Source: a virus
Lineage: Duplodnaviria > Caudoviricetes
IMG/VR virus record: IMGVR_UViG_3300011979_000363
Coordinates: 1 to 64,000 of that record
DNA: 64,000 bases
Direction: 5' to 3' (one strand)
Position 1 is the stretch's first letter; the number at the start of each line of letters is the position of its first letter. The position numbers and the translations under genes were made by a program. Of the stretch, positions 37,021 to 47,038 are shown piece by piece. The notes under the pieces are model-generated. The model saw only the letters and a list, made by a program, of their open reading frames with translations. It had not been told where the DNA came from and did not search any database.

Positions 37021-37252
37021 TTGTAATTATTTTTGTTTCATGTTTTAGGAACAGTAGAGCATTGTTGTAGTTGTCAAACCAAGCGTCTACTTGTTTCATT
37101 CTTCCATCACCATTGTCTTGTAGCATCATCATAGGGACATAATACCCTATCCAGCTTTTCTTCAATGGCATGTAGCCGTTAATCTTTCTGTCACTGGTGT
37201 ACGTTGGAACAATTTTGTACTTCTCAGTGAACCATTGCGTTAGTTTACCCAT
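36989..37252 (-). CDS. Hypothetical protein
   Basis: 87-aa ORF. Confidence 0.62.
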   Translation of the reverse strand: MGKLTQWFTEKYKIVPTYTSDRKINGYMPLKKSWIGYYVPMMMLQDNGDGRMKQVDAWFDNYNNALLFLKHETKIITNEEIFGTKCD

Positions 37253-37263
37253 CGTAGTTAATG

Positions 37264-37920
37264 TTAAGGGTGTAAACTGCGTTCATCATTTATGTCGTTG
37301 ACACTTGTATAAGCGTCAAAGTCTTTTATATCCTTTGTTGGAATGAATGCCGGACAATGCTCATCTCCTAAGCGCCATCTGAATGGAACTACAGGTTGTG
37401 GGTCATAGAACTCATTGCGATAGTTGTAACGATAGCAGTTATATCTGTCAAAGCACCGTTTGACGTTGCATCTGTGTTTAGATCGTTCCAGACTTTCCCA
37501 CGTATGCTTGTTTGTAAACCATGCAGTTGGTTTAAGTTCTTCTTGATATTTTGGCGGTATCTGGGCAATAAGCCACATGTCGTTTGTCCTATAACATTCT
37601 CCATTTTTTCTGAGTATATAATGTGTTTCTTTACTGCCCAGCCATTGTCCCGCTTTCAATGTTTTCGGATCAGTATAAGGATATACCTGATAGTACAGGT
37701 CTCCTATTATCTCAGCGTTTTTTGGCGGAGCAAGCAAGAACAGCTTCCAGTACGCACATTCCCAGCATATCTTTTCTTTCCACATCAATCGACTGACTTC
37801 AAAGTTTTCAATGTCTCGATTGAAGTAGAATACAGATTTTCCACATTCTTTACATTTGTATTTTTGTTTAAGAATGTATTCTGGGACATGATAGTCTGGT
37901 CTTTCCGTTCCTACGATCAT
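37264..37920 (-). CDS. Cys-rich hypothetical protein (probable Zn binding)
   Basis: CKECG, CWECAYW, CNVKRC...C, HCP motifs. Confidence 0.7.
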   Translation of the reverse strand: MIVGTERPDYHVPEYILKQKYKCKECGKSVFYFNRDIENFEVSRLMWKEKICWECAYWKLFLLAPPKNAEIIGDLYYQVYPYTDPKTLKAGQWLGSKETHYILRKNGECYRTNDMWLIAQIPPKYQEELKPTAWFTNKHTWESLERSKHRCNVKRCFDRYNCYRYNYRNEFYDPQPVVPFRWRLGDEHCPAFIPTKDIKDFDAYTSVNDINDERSLHP

Positions 37921-38537
37921 ACGTCTATAGAATTAAACACCTTATATATGTTATCATCCGTGATCCCAATATAGATCATTGTAGTCTGGAGATTTGCGTG
38001 TCTAAAGATACGGTTCAACTCCATCAGAGCCTCAGTACTTCTGTTTCTTTTTTCATAGACGTATCTTCCAAAAGTCTTACGAAATGTGTGCGTGCTGAAA
38101 TGTTCTATATTCAGTTTATATTTCTTTTTCCATATCTTCATAAGCCGATTGATATACTGGATAGACACAGGTTTGCCTTTCACCTTTTCAGACTCAAAAA
38201 CATAAGTGCTAAGGTTTGGCCTATGTTCTAACTGGTACATCTTATCTATATGTTCCATTGTTTTTTCACCGATTGGAATGCCTTTTGTCTTTTGAGTTTT
38301 CTTTTCCGTAACAATGACACTTCTTTTGTCCAGAATGTCTCCCCATTTCAGTTTGCGTACATCGGAAGACCGCAGACCGAGACAGAATGACATTATACAA
38401 TAGAATGCCCACTTGTATTGTTTGTCAGCAGCCAAACATTCTACAAGTCTTTTGAACTCGTTGTAATCGAGATAATCTGCCGTTGTCAATGTTCCTTTCA
38501 AGCTCATAGTGATATGTTTTGTTTGTTTCGGTTGCAA
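37917..38537 (-). CDS. Second tyrosine recombinase, catalytic domain only
   Basis: 206 aa; GLRSSD, EKKTQK, STHTFRKT, FRHANLQTTMIY with R-K-H-R-H-Y intact. Confidence 0.88.
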   Translation of the reverse strand: MQPKQTKHITMSLKGTLTTADYLDYNEFKRLVECLAADKQYKWAFYCIMSFCLGLRSSDVRKLKWGDILDKRSVIVTEKKTQKTKGIPIGEKTMEHIDKMYQLEHRPNLSTYVFESEKVKGKPVSIQYINRLMKIWKKKYKLNIEHFSTHTFRKTFGRYVYEKRNRSTEALMELNRIFRHANLQTTMIYIGITDDNIYKVFNSIDV

Positions 38538-38566
38538 AGTTAAGAAGAAGGCTTGATAGCGACAAA
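38535..38566 (-). promoter_or_regulatory. Bacteroidetes sigma-A promoter of the second recombinase
   Basis: TTTG (38563-66) - 20 nt - TAACTTTG (38535-42); implies the true start is MSLKG at about 38507. Confidence 0.72.
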
Positions 38567-38711
38567 TATTTTGCCGTGTTTTTTAGTTAAACGATGTTAA
38601 GAACATTGTAAGGCTATGGTATTCAATGGTTTGTAGTTTCACTTATTTGTTGTACATTTATTAAAAAACGCACGAGATTTCTCCCGTGCGTGCGCGTGTA
38701 CATTATATATG

Positions 38712-39164
38712 TCACTCTTTTCCAGTGTGTCCAAAGCCACCATCTCCTCGTTCTGTATTGGAGAGGCCAGACATATTTTCCACTTCTACCCATTTAGCGT
38801 GTGAGACTGGCATGAACACAATCTGAGCTACCCGATCGCCTGGATTTATTGTGAAGTTGACATTGGAAAGATTGATCAGGCAAGCCCCAATATCACCACG
38901 ATAGCCATTGTCTACCGTTCCAACACCATTTACCACCATTATTCCATTCTTGGAAGAAAGTCCACTTCGTGACCTTACTTGTACTTCATACCCCTCTGGA
39001 AGTTCTACATGTATCCCAGATGGTATCAGTTTTCGTTCCATTGGGTGCAAGACTACTGGAGCTGGGATGTCAGCTCTTAGATCCATTCCAGAATCGCCTT
39101 CCGTTTTGTAATTTGGAAGTTGTTGTCCACCTGCATTAAAAACCTTTACTTTGATAATGTCCAT
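38712..39164 (-). CDS. dut: dUTP diphosphatase (trimeric dUTPase)
   Basis: SGMDL, RSRSGL, GTVDNGYRG, RVAQ, RGDGGFGHTG: all five motifs. Confidence 0.96.
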   Translation of the reverse strand: MDIIKVKVFNAGGQQLPNYKTEGDSGMDLRADIPAPVVLHPMERKLIPSGIHVELPEGYEVQVRSRSGLSSKNGIMVVNGVGTVDNGYRGDIGACLINLSNVNFTINPGDRVAQIVFMPVSHAKWVEVENMSGLSNTERGDGGFGHTGKE

Positions 39165-39184
39165 AATTGTTTTGTTTGATTAAA

Positions 39185-39523
39185 TTACTTATTTGAGTTT
39201 GTTTTGTATTCGCTTCTTTTAATCTTTATTCTTTTTGTGACTTTCACTGTCTTTGTCACGTAGATCACTGAATCAGGATTTCCTACTTGCTTGTCAAAAT
39301 CTATCAGAGAAAGCACTCCGACATCATCCTGATCGAGTACATAATCTTCTGGGATAATCCTCCAATAAGCGTTATTGGCTACATGACATCTTCCATTCAG
39401 ACATTTTATTATTGATTGACGTAATGTCTTTGTGGCTTTAGCCGCTCCGAATATTGATGGAAAAATACCCACAAGTTTTAGGTCTTTCCCAAACATTGCG
39501 ACTGGTTTACTTGGTAATGGCAT
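39185..39523 (-). CDS. NUMOD1-like DNA-binding domain protein
   Basis: KPVAMFGKDLKLVGIFPSIFGAAKAT...SIIKCLNG...YWR; no nuclease domain seen. Confidence 0.62.
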   Translation of the reverse strand: MPLPSKPVAMFGKDLKLVGIFPSIFGAAKATKTLRQSIIKCLNGRCHVANNAYWRIIPEDYVLDQDDVGVLSLIDFDKQVGNPDSVIYVTKTVKVTKRIKIKRSEYKTNSNK

Positions 39524-39974
39524 GGCTTCTATCTTTAATAATTTCTTGTAAGATCTCAGTTGGGATTCTTTCTGATGCCAGTGAGCACACAAAGCTGTCA
39601 GAGAGTACAAAACCATTTGCCATCAGTTCACCGATAACCCCATTGAAGTATGCTGCTATTATTGGCGTTGCAAAAGACAGAAAAAGGAATGTAAGCTCGT
39701 GATGCATTAGAATGTGTCCATCCTTGTTTATATAAAAAAGCGTAGACGGATCGAGTTCATCCGCTTCTATAAAAGCCTGAATGTATCTCTTATTCATGCG
39801 CTGGAATACTTTATAGTCCAGCTCTTCCAGTTCGTTTTCCAAATAGTAATTGGTTGAATCGAACACTTCCAGTTCTGTGCCCGGAATGACACCGTACTTT
39901 AGTGTTGGAAATTCGCTAACCATTATTTTGTCACATTTGACTAACTTGTCGATTTTGTTCGTTTTATAATCCAT
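39507..39974 (-). CDS. Hypothetical protein (antirepressor/KilA-like possible)
   Basis: EFPTLKYG...FDSTNY...DGHILMHHELTFLFLSF. Confidence 0.55.
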   Translation of the reverse strand: MDYKTNKIDKLVKCDKIMVSEFPTLKYGVIPGTELEVFDSTNYYLENELEELDYKVFQRMNKRYIQAFIEADELDPSTLFYINKDGHILMHHELTFLFLSFATPIIAAYFNGVIGELMANGFVLSDSFVCSLASERIPTEILQEIIKDRSHAITK

Positions 39975-40188
39975 TGTCTTTGTTCTTTTGCGTTTGTGTA
40001 CTAATAGTCATTGCGCATTAAAAAAGTTAGACACCATCTTATTTTTCTTCGTTATTTTATGCACTTTAACTTTTCAGCAATTGTCTCATCTATATAATAA
40101 TGAGTATAAATAAGTAAAAATAGTGTACAATTATTGATTACGATAATGTCGTAAAATACTATTAATTAGAAAAGTATTTATAAACATT

Positions 40189-41526
40189 ATGCGTAAAAGA
40201 ACTGAAAGCAACTCACATGGCAACTTTTTTAGTGATGATGCACTTATTGCATATTATAACATTGTAAAAAAGACCATACAAGACTATACTGATGAGCTGA
40301 TGCGCCGTTGCAGATATAAGAGCACCGTTAGCCAGACTGGGGACGGCACTATTATGGATGATCGCTCCAAACTTATTGATTTGTATGATTCTTGTTATAT
40401 TCAGAATGCAAGGCTTCAAAGTTGTTGTGAGACTTTGAATTCGCAGTTGACTGGTGAGCGCTATTCACTTGGTAGGATTAATGCTGATGGCAAGTTTGAA
40501 CGTGATGAGGAAGAAAGTAAGAAGGCACAAGGGTTAGAGTTTGAAAAGCTTATTCAAGCTGCTATAGATGCAAAACTCTTTGGTTATTCTCTTGTTGAGA
40601 TTCTTCCAGACGTTTCTCCTGACACTGGACTCCTCAGAGAAGTAAATATTATCGAGCGTAGAAATGTCTTAGCCGACCAGAATCGTGTTGTACAACGACA
40701 AGGCATTTGGTCTCCAGGCTGGGATTTAGATGATGTTCAATTCAAGCATAACTATATTCTCATCAATACTGGTGGTTTTGGTTTGTTTGCTGCCACTACC
40801 CCATTGATTCTTGCTCAGAAGTTCGTCTTAGCCAATTGGGTTAACTTTGCCCACACCTATGGCCAACCCATCATTCAAGGTAAGACTGTTGCTGAGGATG
40901 ATGTAACCAGAAAGCGTTTGGCTTCTCAGATAGCTCGTGCTGCTACCAATAAAGTTATTGTCACTGGCAAGGATGATGATATTGACATCAAGGCCTTCAC
41001 CATGTCAAACTCTGAGAAAATATATGACAGTTTGATTGCATACGTCAACAAAGAGGTTTCCAACCTTGTGTTAGGTTCTGAAAGTATGGCCGGCGCTACT
41101 CAAAGTTATGTTGGTTCTACCAAGGCACATGAAGACATTTTCAGAGCAAGGGTTAAGAATTACCGCAAGTATATTGAGAATGTTATGAATGAGAAAATCC
41201 TTCCAGTATTGAAATATTGGGGGTATCTCAGTCCCGATGTCGTTTTCAAGTACAACAACAAAGTAGACATGTCTAATGAGGACAAGATAAAAATCTTTGA
41301 TGTTCTCACTGACAAGTATGAAGTTGATCCAGAGATCATTGATATGGAATGGGGTATTCATGTAGGCAAGCAGATGAACCTTATGCAATATTCTTATGAT
41401 GATAATGCTGATGGATTAGATGGCTCTGACAATGATCACCATATCATGTCCGATGAAGAGTATGAAAAACGATTCGGTCATCCCCGTGGTGTCAAAAACA
41501 AGATAAATTTTCTGTTGGGGAGGTAG
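40189..41526 (+). CDS. Portal protein (DUF935/Mu gp29-like)
   Basis: 445 aa; AKLFGYSLVE, WVNFAHTYGQP, VNKEVSNLVLG, KAHEDI; first gene of the head module. Confidence 0.85.
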   Translation: MRKRTESNSHGNFFSDDALIAYYNIVKKTIQDYTDELMRRCRYKSTVSQTGDGTIMDDRSKLIDLYDSCYIQNARLQSCCETLNSQLTGERYSLGRINADGKFERDEEESKKAQGLEFEKLIQAAIDAKLFGYSLVEILPDVSPDTGLLREVNIIERRNVLADQNRVVQRQGIWSPGWDLDDVQFKHNYILINTGGFGLFAATTPLILAQKFVLANWVNFAHTYGQPIIQGKTVAEDDVTRKRLASQIARAATNKVIVTGKDDDIDIKAFTMSNSEKIYDSLIAYVNKEVSNLVLGSESMAGATQSYVGSTKAHEDIFRARVKNYRKYIENVMNEKILPVLKYWGYLSPDVVFKYNNKVDMSNEDKIKIFDVLTDKYEVDPEIIDMEWGIHVGKQMNLMQYSYDDNADGLDGSDNDHHIMSDEEYEKRFGHPRGVKNKINFLLGR

Positions 41527-41576
41527 TTCGTGGCGGCTACCTCTCCAAACAAATCATTGCCAGCGCCAAGGCTGAG

Positions 41577-42455
41577 ATGAGTGATGATGAGAAGACAAGA
41601 CATCAGCAGGAGTATAACCAGCTGCTTGCCTTGTTTATAAATATCTTGAAAAATATTGAAAGCGATGACCGTGATGACATTATATATGCTTTGATGGAAC
41701 TTCGTGCTGATATTGCTATCCAGTATGGCTGTGATGGGTTTGGCATGGATGAAGAAGAAGCCTTACAATTGCTAAGAGAAACCAATGAGGATATTCTTTC
41801 TCCAGAGCAAAATGAAAAACGTAAGCGCATTATTGCGATGGTGGAAAACCTTATAGCTTTTGCTGTATGTGAGGAATACCATGTAGTAAAAGATACTTAC
41901 AAAATTTATAAAAAACATAAGAAAGAAGATTCTGATTATGACATTGACTATAATGATCCAGATGATATAGACGAGTATACAGACATTAATGCTCTGTACA
42001 ATGACCAGTATTCCAGTGTAGAAAATGCTGACATCATGTATGCTATGGGTATTGCTGCATGGTGGCTTGGGATGGATAAAAACGATCTGATTACTTATTG
42101 GACTATGAATGACGCAAAAGTTCGTCCTTGGCACATGGCACTTCAAGGCTATACCGCTCCAAGAGATGAATTTCCATCATGGATGATACCGCCTATCGAA
42201 TGGAATTGTCGTTGCTTCTTACTTCCTGCTGAGAATGTCGATCCTTCACAGGTATGGGATAAAGCAGACTTTAAGCGTGTCGTTGGTAAAGTTCCCACTA
42301 AGCCTAAGCAGATAGATGATACTTTTTCTGAGAGTGTCGCCAAATGTGGACGGATCTTTGGGGAAACCCACAACTATTTCAAAGTAGATAAGTCTGACAA
42401 AGATTTTCTTGATGATTGTGTTCAACGTATAAAAGCCAAGTATTATGCTTCGTAA
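41577..42455 (+). CDS. Minor head / head morphogenesis protein (Mu gpF-like)
   Basis: YWTMNDAKVRPWH...PPIEWNCRC. Confidence 0.85.
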   Translation: MSDDEKTRHQQEYNQLLALFINILKNIESDDRDDIIYALMELRADIAIQYGCDGFGMDEEEALQLLRETNEDILSPEQNEKRKRIIAMVENLIAFAVCEEYHVVKDTYKIYKKHKKEDSDYDIDYNDPDDIDEYTDINALYNDQYSSVENADIMYAMGIAAWWLGMDKNDLITYWTMNDAKVRPWHMALQGYTAPRDEFPSWMIPPIEWNCRCFLLPAENVDPSQVWDKADFKRVVGKVPTKPKQIDDTFSESVAKCGRIFGETHNYFKVDKSDKDFLDDCVQRIKAKYYAS

Positions 42456-43428
42456 AGGAAAAGTCATCAGTAATGAAGCCAAGCTTACCACTTACGAAAA
42501 AAGTCTTTTTAACTATCATGTAAGAGGTAATTGGAATGCTAAGAGTGGCACTTATACACCTAAGGTTAGTGAGCGCAACATCTATCAAGGATCGAGCGTG
42601 AAACTTGCCAAGATGTATAGGCCTATGAGTCTTTTCCGAACAACAGTCAGAGACCGACAGACTGGTGTGGTCACTAACTTGAAGACAAAAGTAACCACAA
42701 AAAGCGGACTTACACTTAAAATAAACAGAGTAAGCGGTACTGGCTACAATATGAAAGGCCGTGTTTCTCTCAATGAATCATTCAGGGGTATGAGAGGAAC
42801 AACAAGAGTTAATACTGGCTATAGAACAGAGATAAAAACAAGTAATAACTGGATAGCCACTCCTTCTAATGGTCAGCCAGTAAAATTAAAGCCACAAAGT
42901 GTTCAGATTGGCACTCAGAAGATAGATGGGAAACTCAATACTGTATTCGTAAAAGACCCATTAAGTACGATTGCCATGCAGCTTAAGATAGCAGCCTACA
43001 ATTTACAGAAATCTATTGATTACTGGAAGAATGCTTTAGCTTATAGAGCCTTGAACATATTCCAGTCTTCATTTGATATGGGACGTTTCAACAGTGATGG
43101 CAGTAAGCCTTGGAAGAAGAACGCAAAATCGACTATTGCTAAACGAATATACAAAAACACATGGCCAGGTGCCGGAGGTCTGATGCTTGAGACTGGTTAT
43201 CTAAGAGACACCCTAAAAGTAAAAGACGGAGCTGGGTTAAAACCTGCGGTTGTGTCTTCTACAGCCAGATATGCAGGCATTCACAACAACCCTGACGGTC
43301 TTACGTATGCCAATGGGACTCCAGTGACCCAGCGTCAGTTCATGGGACATTCATCGAACATTAATTTGTTCATTCTTCAATATCAGACGCAGTATCTTTT
43401 TGATTCTGTGTTCCTCGCACAAGTTTAA
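42445..43428 (+). CDS. Virion morphogenesis protein (Mu gpG-like) with long basic N-terminus
   Basis: C-terminal PWKKNAKSTI...LMLETGYLRDTL...YAGIHN...QRQFMGHS. Confidence 0.72.
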   Translation: MLRKGKVISNEAKLTTYEKSLFNYHVRGNWNAKSGTYTPKVSERNIYQGSSVKLAKMYRPMSLFRTTVRDRQTGVVTNLKTKVTTKSGLTLKINRVSGTGYNMKGRVSLNESFRGMRGTTRVNTGYRTEIKTSNNWIATPSNGQPVKLKPQSVQIGTQKIDGKLNTVFVKDPLSTIAMQLKIAAYNLQKSIDYWKNALAYRALNIFQSSFDMGRFNSDGSKPWKKNAKSTIAKRIYKNTWPGAGGLMLETGYLRDTLKVKDGAGLKPAVVSSTARYAGIHNNPDGLTYANGTPVTQRQFMGHSSNINLFILQYQTQYLFDSVFLAQV

Positions 43429-43439
43429 TATTTTGGATT

Positions 43440-44228
43440 ATGATTATAGATAAGAAAAACGGACAAGTCGTCAGCGACAATAAACGCAATACAGAACCGC
43501 ATGCTGATGTAAATGATACATCTATCGAGGTTCCTGAGCAGATAGAGGAAAATGGCGCTATTGCTGTTATCCATGCTTTTATTGACATGCTCAAAATGGT
43601 GACATGGCAATATGGTGTTGAGAACAGTCCTAAAATTTTCAAGACAGTACAACGAGATGATGGGCAGTATGAGCGTATCATACGCCGTAATGTCGGCAAT
43701 ATGGAAGAGGGAATCGCCTTTCCAGCTGCCTTTGTACATCTTATTAATGTACATTGGAATGTAACTGCTCAAAGATTTAATGAGGGCATGGCTGATGTCA
43801 GAATACGCTTTATCCTTAACCAGCTTGCTCCACATGATCCAGACCATGATACGGATGTCGAATATGTAGCTGAGAGAGTGCATCAAACCATTACAGAGCA
43901 GAAATATAACTATCCATGTCTTAATGAGCGTTGTGTTCTTCAATATGTCGATCCAATGGAAAGCTTTGATTATAGTCTGCAACCCTGTTGGATGACTTAT
44001 AATATTAAGTTTACCACCACAAATATCTGGATAACAAGGAACAAAGTTAATCGTAGAATTGTCATTGCTCCATTCACCAACCATGCCGACCAAGACCAGA
44101 CTGATCCTAAAAATAACTTGTTCGGTCATAATAATCTTAGCCATCAAGAAGACACCTATGACGTTCATACAGACTATACCAATTACATTCCCAAGCAAAA
44201 CACTGGGGAAGATGATGAAAATAAATGA
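43440..44228 (+). CDS. Putative tail completion/terminator protein
   Basis: Position; IAFPAAFVHLINVHW pattern. Confidence 0.55.
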   Translation: MIIDKKNGQVVSDNKRNTEPHADVNDTSIEVPEQIEENGAIAVIHAFIDMLKMVTWQYGVENSPKIFKTVQRDDGQYERIIRRNVGNMEEGIAFPAAFVHLINVHWNVTAQRFNEGMADVRIRFILNQLAPHDPDHDTDVEYVAERVHQTITEQKYNYPCLNERCVLQYVDPMESFDYSLQPCWMTYNIKFTTTNIWITRNKVNRRIVIAPFTNHADQDQTDPKNNLFGHNNLSHQEDTYDVHTDYTNYIPKQNTGEDDENK

Positions 44229-44321
44229 CATTAATTGTTAATTTATTAATTTTCAACCAGTTACATCAAATACTAAAATTGTAAAAAATATTTTTGACTA
44301 TTAATTATAAAAAGACACAAA

Positions 44322-45593
44322 ATGGACAAGAAGCTCAAGTACATTAAAGGAGCGGTAGAAGCTGGAAAACCTGCTGACATCTATTTTTACACAGACGTAG
44401 ATGGATGGAACGCTGACAATTTTATCTATGACTTCAATTATCTCATAAAGAGTAATGTTTCTAAGATAAACATTCATATCAATTCTTGCGGTGGTAGTAT
44501 CGTAGACGGTATCAGTGTCTTCAGTAGGATTCTTGATTGCAAGATTCCGACAGCTTGCTATGATGATGGATTAGCTGCATCTATGGGGTCTATTATCTGG
44601 GCTGCTGGCAGTGAGGTGTATATGAAAGACTATGCTCTCCTTATGATCCATAATCCTTTTTATGATACCACAGATCCTGATAACAAATACAATCAGATGA
44701 CGGAGGCTTTCAAGCAGCAGCTTAGTATCATTTATCAGAAACGTTTCAACATGGATGAGGATCAAGTTAAGGCGTTGATGGATGGCGAGGGTGATAATGA
44801 TATGACGTTTCTTACCGCCTCTCAGGCTGTAGAGAGAGGTTTTATCAGTCAAAGCCATGTTATTGAGACTCCGCAGGCTATCCGTGACAAAGTAGCTGCT
44901 GTCGTAAAGGACGGTTTTGACTTGGCTAAAATCCGCAATGTAATGAACAGCATTGCTATAATCCCAACAACAGACACCCCAGTTGGGGGACAAGTAGACA
45001 AAGTTGAGAATAAACAAGATAATAAACACTTAATTCAGAATCAAATGAACGAGAACGAAATCACAGTATTTGCAGCTCTTCTTGGTATCAAGAATGCAAA
45101 TGTAGAGAATGTTTCGGCAAAGATTACTGATCTTAAAGCGAAAGCAGAGATGGTTGATAAGCTGAAAAATTCTCTCGACTCTATGACAAAAGAGCGTGAC
45201 ACTCTTAAGACAGAGCTTGCTGGCAGTAAGGCTTCAGTGGCCAATCTTACCGCAGATCTTAAGACCGCCAATGACAAACTGAAAGATTATCAGGATGCAG
45301 AGGCTAAGGCACAAGAGCAGCGTATTGATGCGCTTGTTGACAATGCCATTGCTCTTTGCAAGATTGATAAAGCAGATCGTGAGACATGGCGTGAGCAGGC
45401 CAAGAATAATTTTGACCTGACCAAGAAAGTACTTGATTCTATCCCAGGTCGTAAGGAGCTGAGCAAGGAGATCGCCCATGACGATAATGAGAAAGCTAAG
45501 GACGCTCTTAAGACTGAGGAGGAGAAGATGGAAGAGAAAGTCAACAAGGTTGTCGGCAACAAATTCAAATTCCACACATTCGACGAGCTGTAA
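44322..45593 (+). CDS. ClpP-type prohead protease with C-terminal scaffold
   Basis: INSCGGSIVDG, GLAASMGS (Ser), LMIHNP (His); coiled-coil C-terminal half. Confidence 0.9.
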   Translation: MDKKLKYIKGAVEAGKPADIYFYTDVDGWNADNFIYDFNYLIKSNVSKINIHINSCGGSIVDGISVFSRILDCKIPTACYDDGLAASMGSIIWAAGSEVYMKDYALLMIHNPFYDTTDPDNKYNQMTEAFKQQLSIIYQKRFNMDEDQVKALMDGEGDNDMTFLTASQAVERGFISQSHVIETPQAIRDKVAAVVKDGFDLAKIRNVMNSIAIIPTTDTPVGGQVDKVENKQDNKHLIQNQMNENEITVFAALLGIKNANVENVSAKITDLKAKAEMVDKLKNSLDSMTKERDTLKTELAGSKASVANLTADLKTANDKLKDYQDAEAKAQEQRIDALVDNAIALCKIDKADRETWREQAKNNFDLTKKVLDSIPGRKELSKEIAHDDNEKAKDALKTEEEKMEEKVNKVVGNKFKFHTFDEL

Positions 45594-45631
45594 TAATACA
45601 ATATTAATTGACAAATTAAACAATTTACAAT

Positions 45632-46681
45632 ATGGCATCATTTAGTTTTGGAGCTGGTCAGACCAATTACACTGGTGAGGTTCTTGAGGATCTTCTGACC
45701 TACATTTCAGAGGAGAATGAGACCTATCAGAACGGTCTTATTCATATTAAGCCGGGTATTCAGAAAAAGTACACACTTCCTCAGATCGGGCTTTCCAACA
45801 TCATTCAGGATCATAAGGCCACTCCCGATTCAAGTCAGGGCGAGTATAAGTTTGCTGAGCGTTATCTGGAGCCTAACGACTTCATGGTCTATATCGAGTT
45901 CAATCCTCGCGACTTTGAAAAGTATTATCGTCCATTCCAGCCTACTGGAAATCTCGTGTTCCGTGAGCTGAATCCTATGGTTCAGGCTACTATGATTCGT
46001 CTGCTTCTTGAAGAGAAGAGTGAGTATATCAACCATGCAATCTGGTGTTCTGCACTTCCTGCTGATAAGGGCAAGACGACTGCTGCCGATGGCGCTAAGG
46101 ACGTTGTTCTCGGTGCTAATGTTACCGCCGGCCCGATGAAGTACTTCAACGGCGCTCTTGAGCGTATGCTTATCAACGCCTCAGCTGCTGCCGACACGGA
46201 GGATGCTAAGAGTGGTAAGGTCATTATGGCTGGTTCAGGTGCATTTGCTGATGGTAAGGCTGTTGAGACAGAGCTGTATGCTATGTGGAAGGCTATGCCG
46301 CCTAAGGTTCGCAATAAGGCTGGTCTTGTGATTCTTATGGATTACTCCACATGGGATAAGTATGACGCATACCTTTCTGACAAGACTTATAAGTATAGCG
46401 ACAACCGTGCTGAGAACGAGCACATGTTCCGTGGTAAGAAGATTATCCCGATGACTGCATTTCCTGAGAACACTATCCTTATGGGTGCATTCACTACGGG
46501 TCGTGATTCTAACCTTTGGATGGGTGTTGACTATGCTAACGATGAGGACGTGCTTGTTGTTGATAAGCTTCAGGCCAACAGTGAGCTTTACTTCTTCAAG
46601 CTCTTGCTTAAGATGGACGTCAACATCGTGAAGCCTTCTGAGATCGTTGCGCACATTCCGTTTACTTACACGAATGCTTAA
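45632..46681 (+). CDS. Major capsid protein
   Basis: 349 aa after protease/scaffold; high-expression codon bias; followed by a hairpin. Confidence 0.8.
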   Translation: MASFSFGAGQTNYTGEVLEDLLTYISEENETYQNGLIHIKPGIQKKYTLPQIGLSNIIQDHKATPDSSQGEYKFAERYLEPNDFMVYIEFNPRDFEKYYRPFQPTGNLVFRELNPMVQATMIRLLLEEKSEYINHAIWCSALPADKGKTTAADGAKDVVLGANVTAGPMKYFNGALERMLINASAAADTEDAKSGKVIMAGSGAFADGKAVETELYAMWKAMPPKVRNKAGLVILMDYSTWDKYDAYLSDKTYKYSDNRAENEHMFRGKKIIPMTAFPENTILMGAFTTGRDSNLWMGVDYANDEDVLVVDKLQANSELYFFKLLLKMDVNIVKPSEIVAHIPFTYTNA

Positions 46682-46687
46682 TCATAT

Positions 46688-46714
46688 TAGAGTAGGGGTT
46701 TATTCCCTACTCTA
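46688..46714 (+). terminator. Hairpin after the capsid gene (no U-tail; may be a stabiliser)
   Basis: TAGAGTAGGG...CCCTACTCTA. Confidence 0.5.
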
Positions 46715-46729
46715 CTAAAATCAAAAAAT

Positions 46730-47023
46730 ATGGCAAGGACAAAAACAAATGTCGCTCAGCAAGCCACCAAAGATGAAGCTGGTTCTAAAAATTCTCAGAC
46801 AACTGAAACGGTAACTGAACAGAAGGAAACAAAGAAAGAAAAAGTCGTTTTGGTAGATGAGATTCAGCATTCAGAAAATCCGTCGTTGGTTGACAAGCTG
46901 ATGCGTCTTTACCCTCAGTATAAAAAGATTTGGGTCACTCCAAATGGCTTTGTACATCCGGAGGGGGTGCCCGAATACCTTACCAAAGGTGCGACACTAT
47001 ACGAAAACAAATATTATAAATAA
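46730..47023 (+). CDS. Hypothetical structural-region protein
   Basis: 97 aa between capsid and sheath. Confidence 0.68.
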   Translation: MARTKTNVAQQATKDEAGSKNSQTTETVTEQKETKKEKVVLVDEIQHSENPSLVDKLMRLYPQYKKIWVTPNGFVHPEGVPEYLTKGATLYENKYYK

Positions 47024-47038
47024 TAAAACTCCATACAA

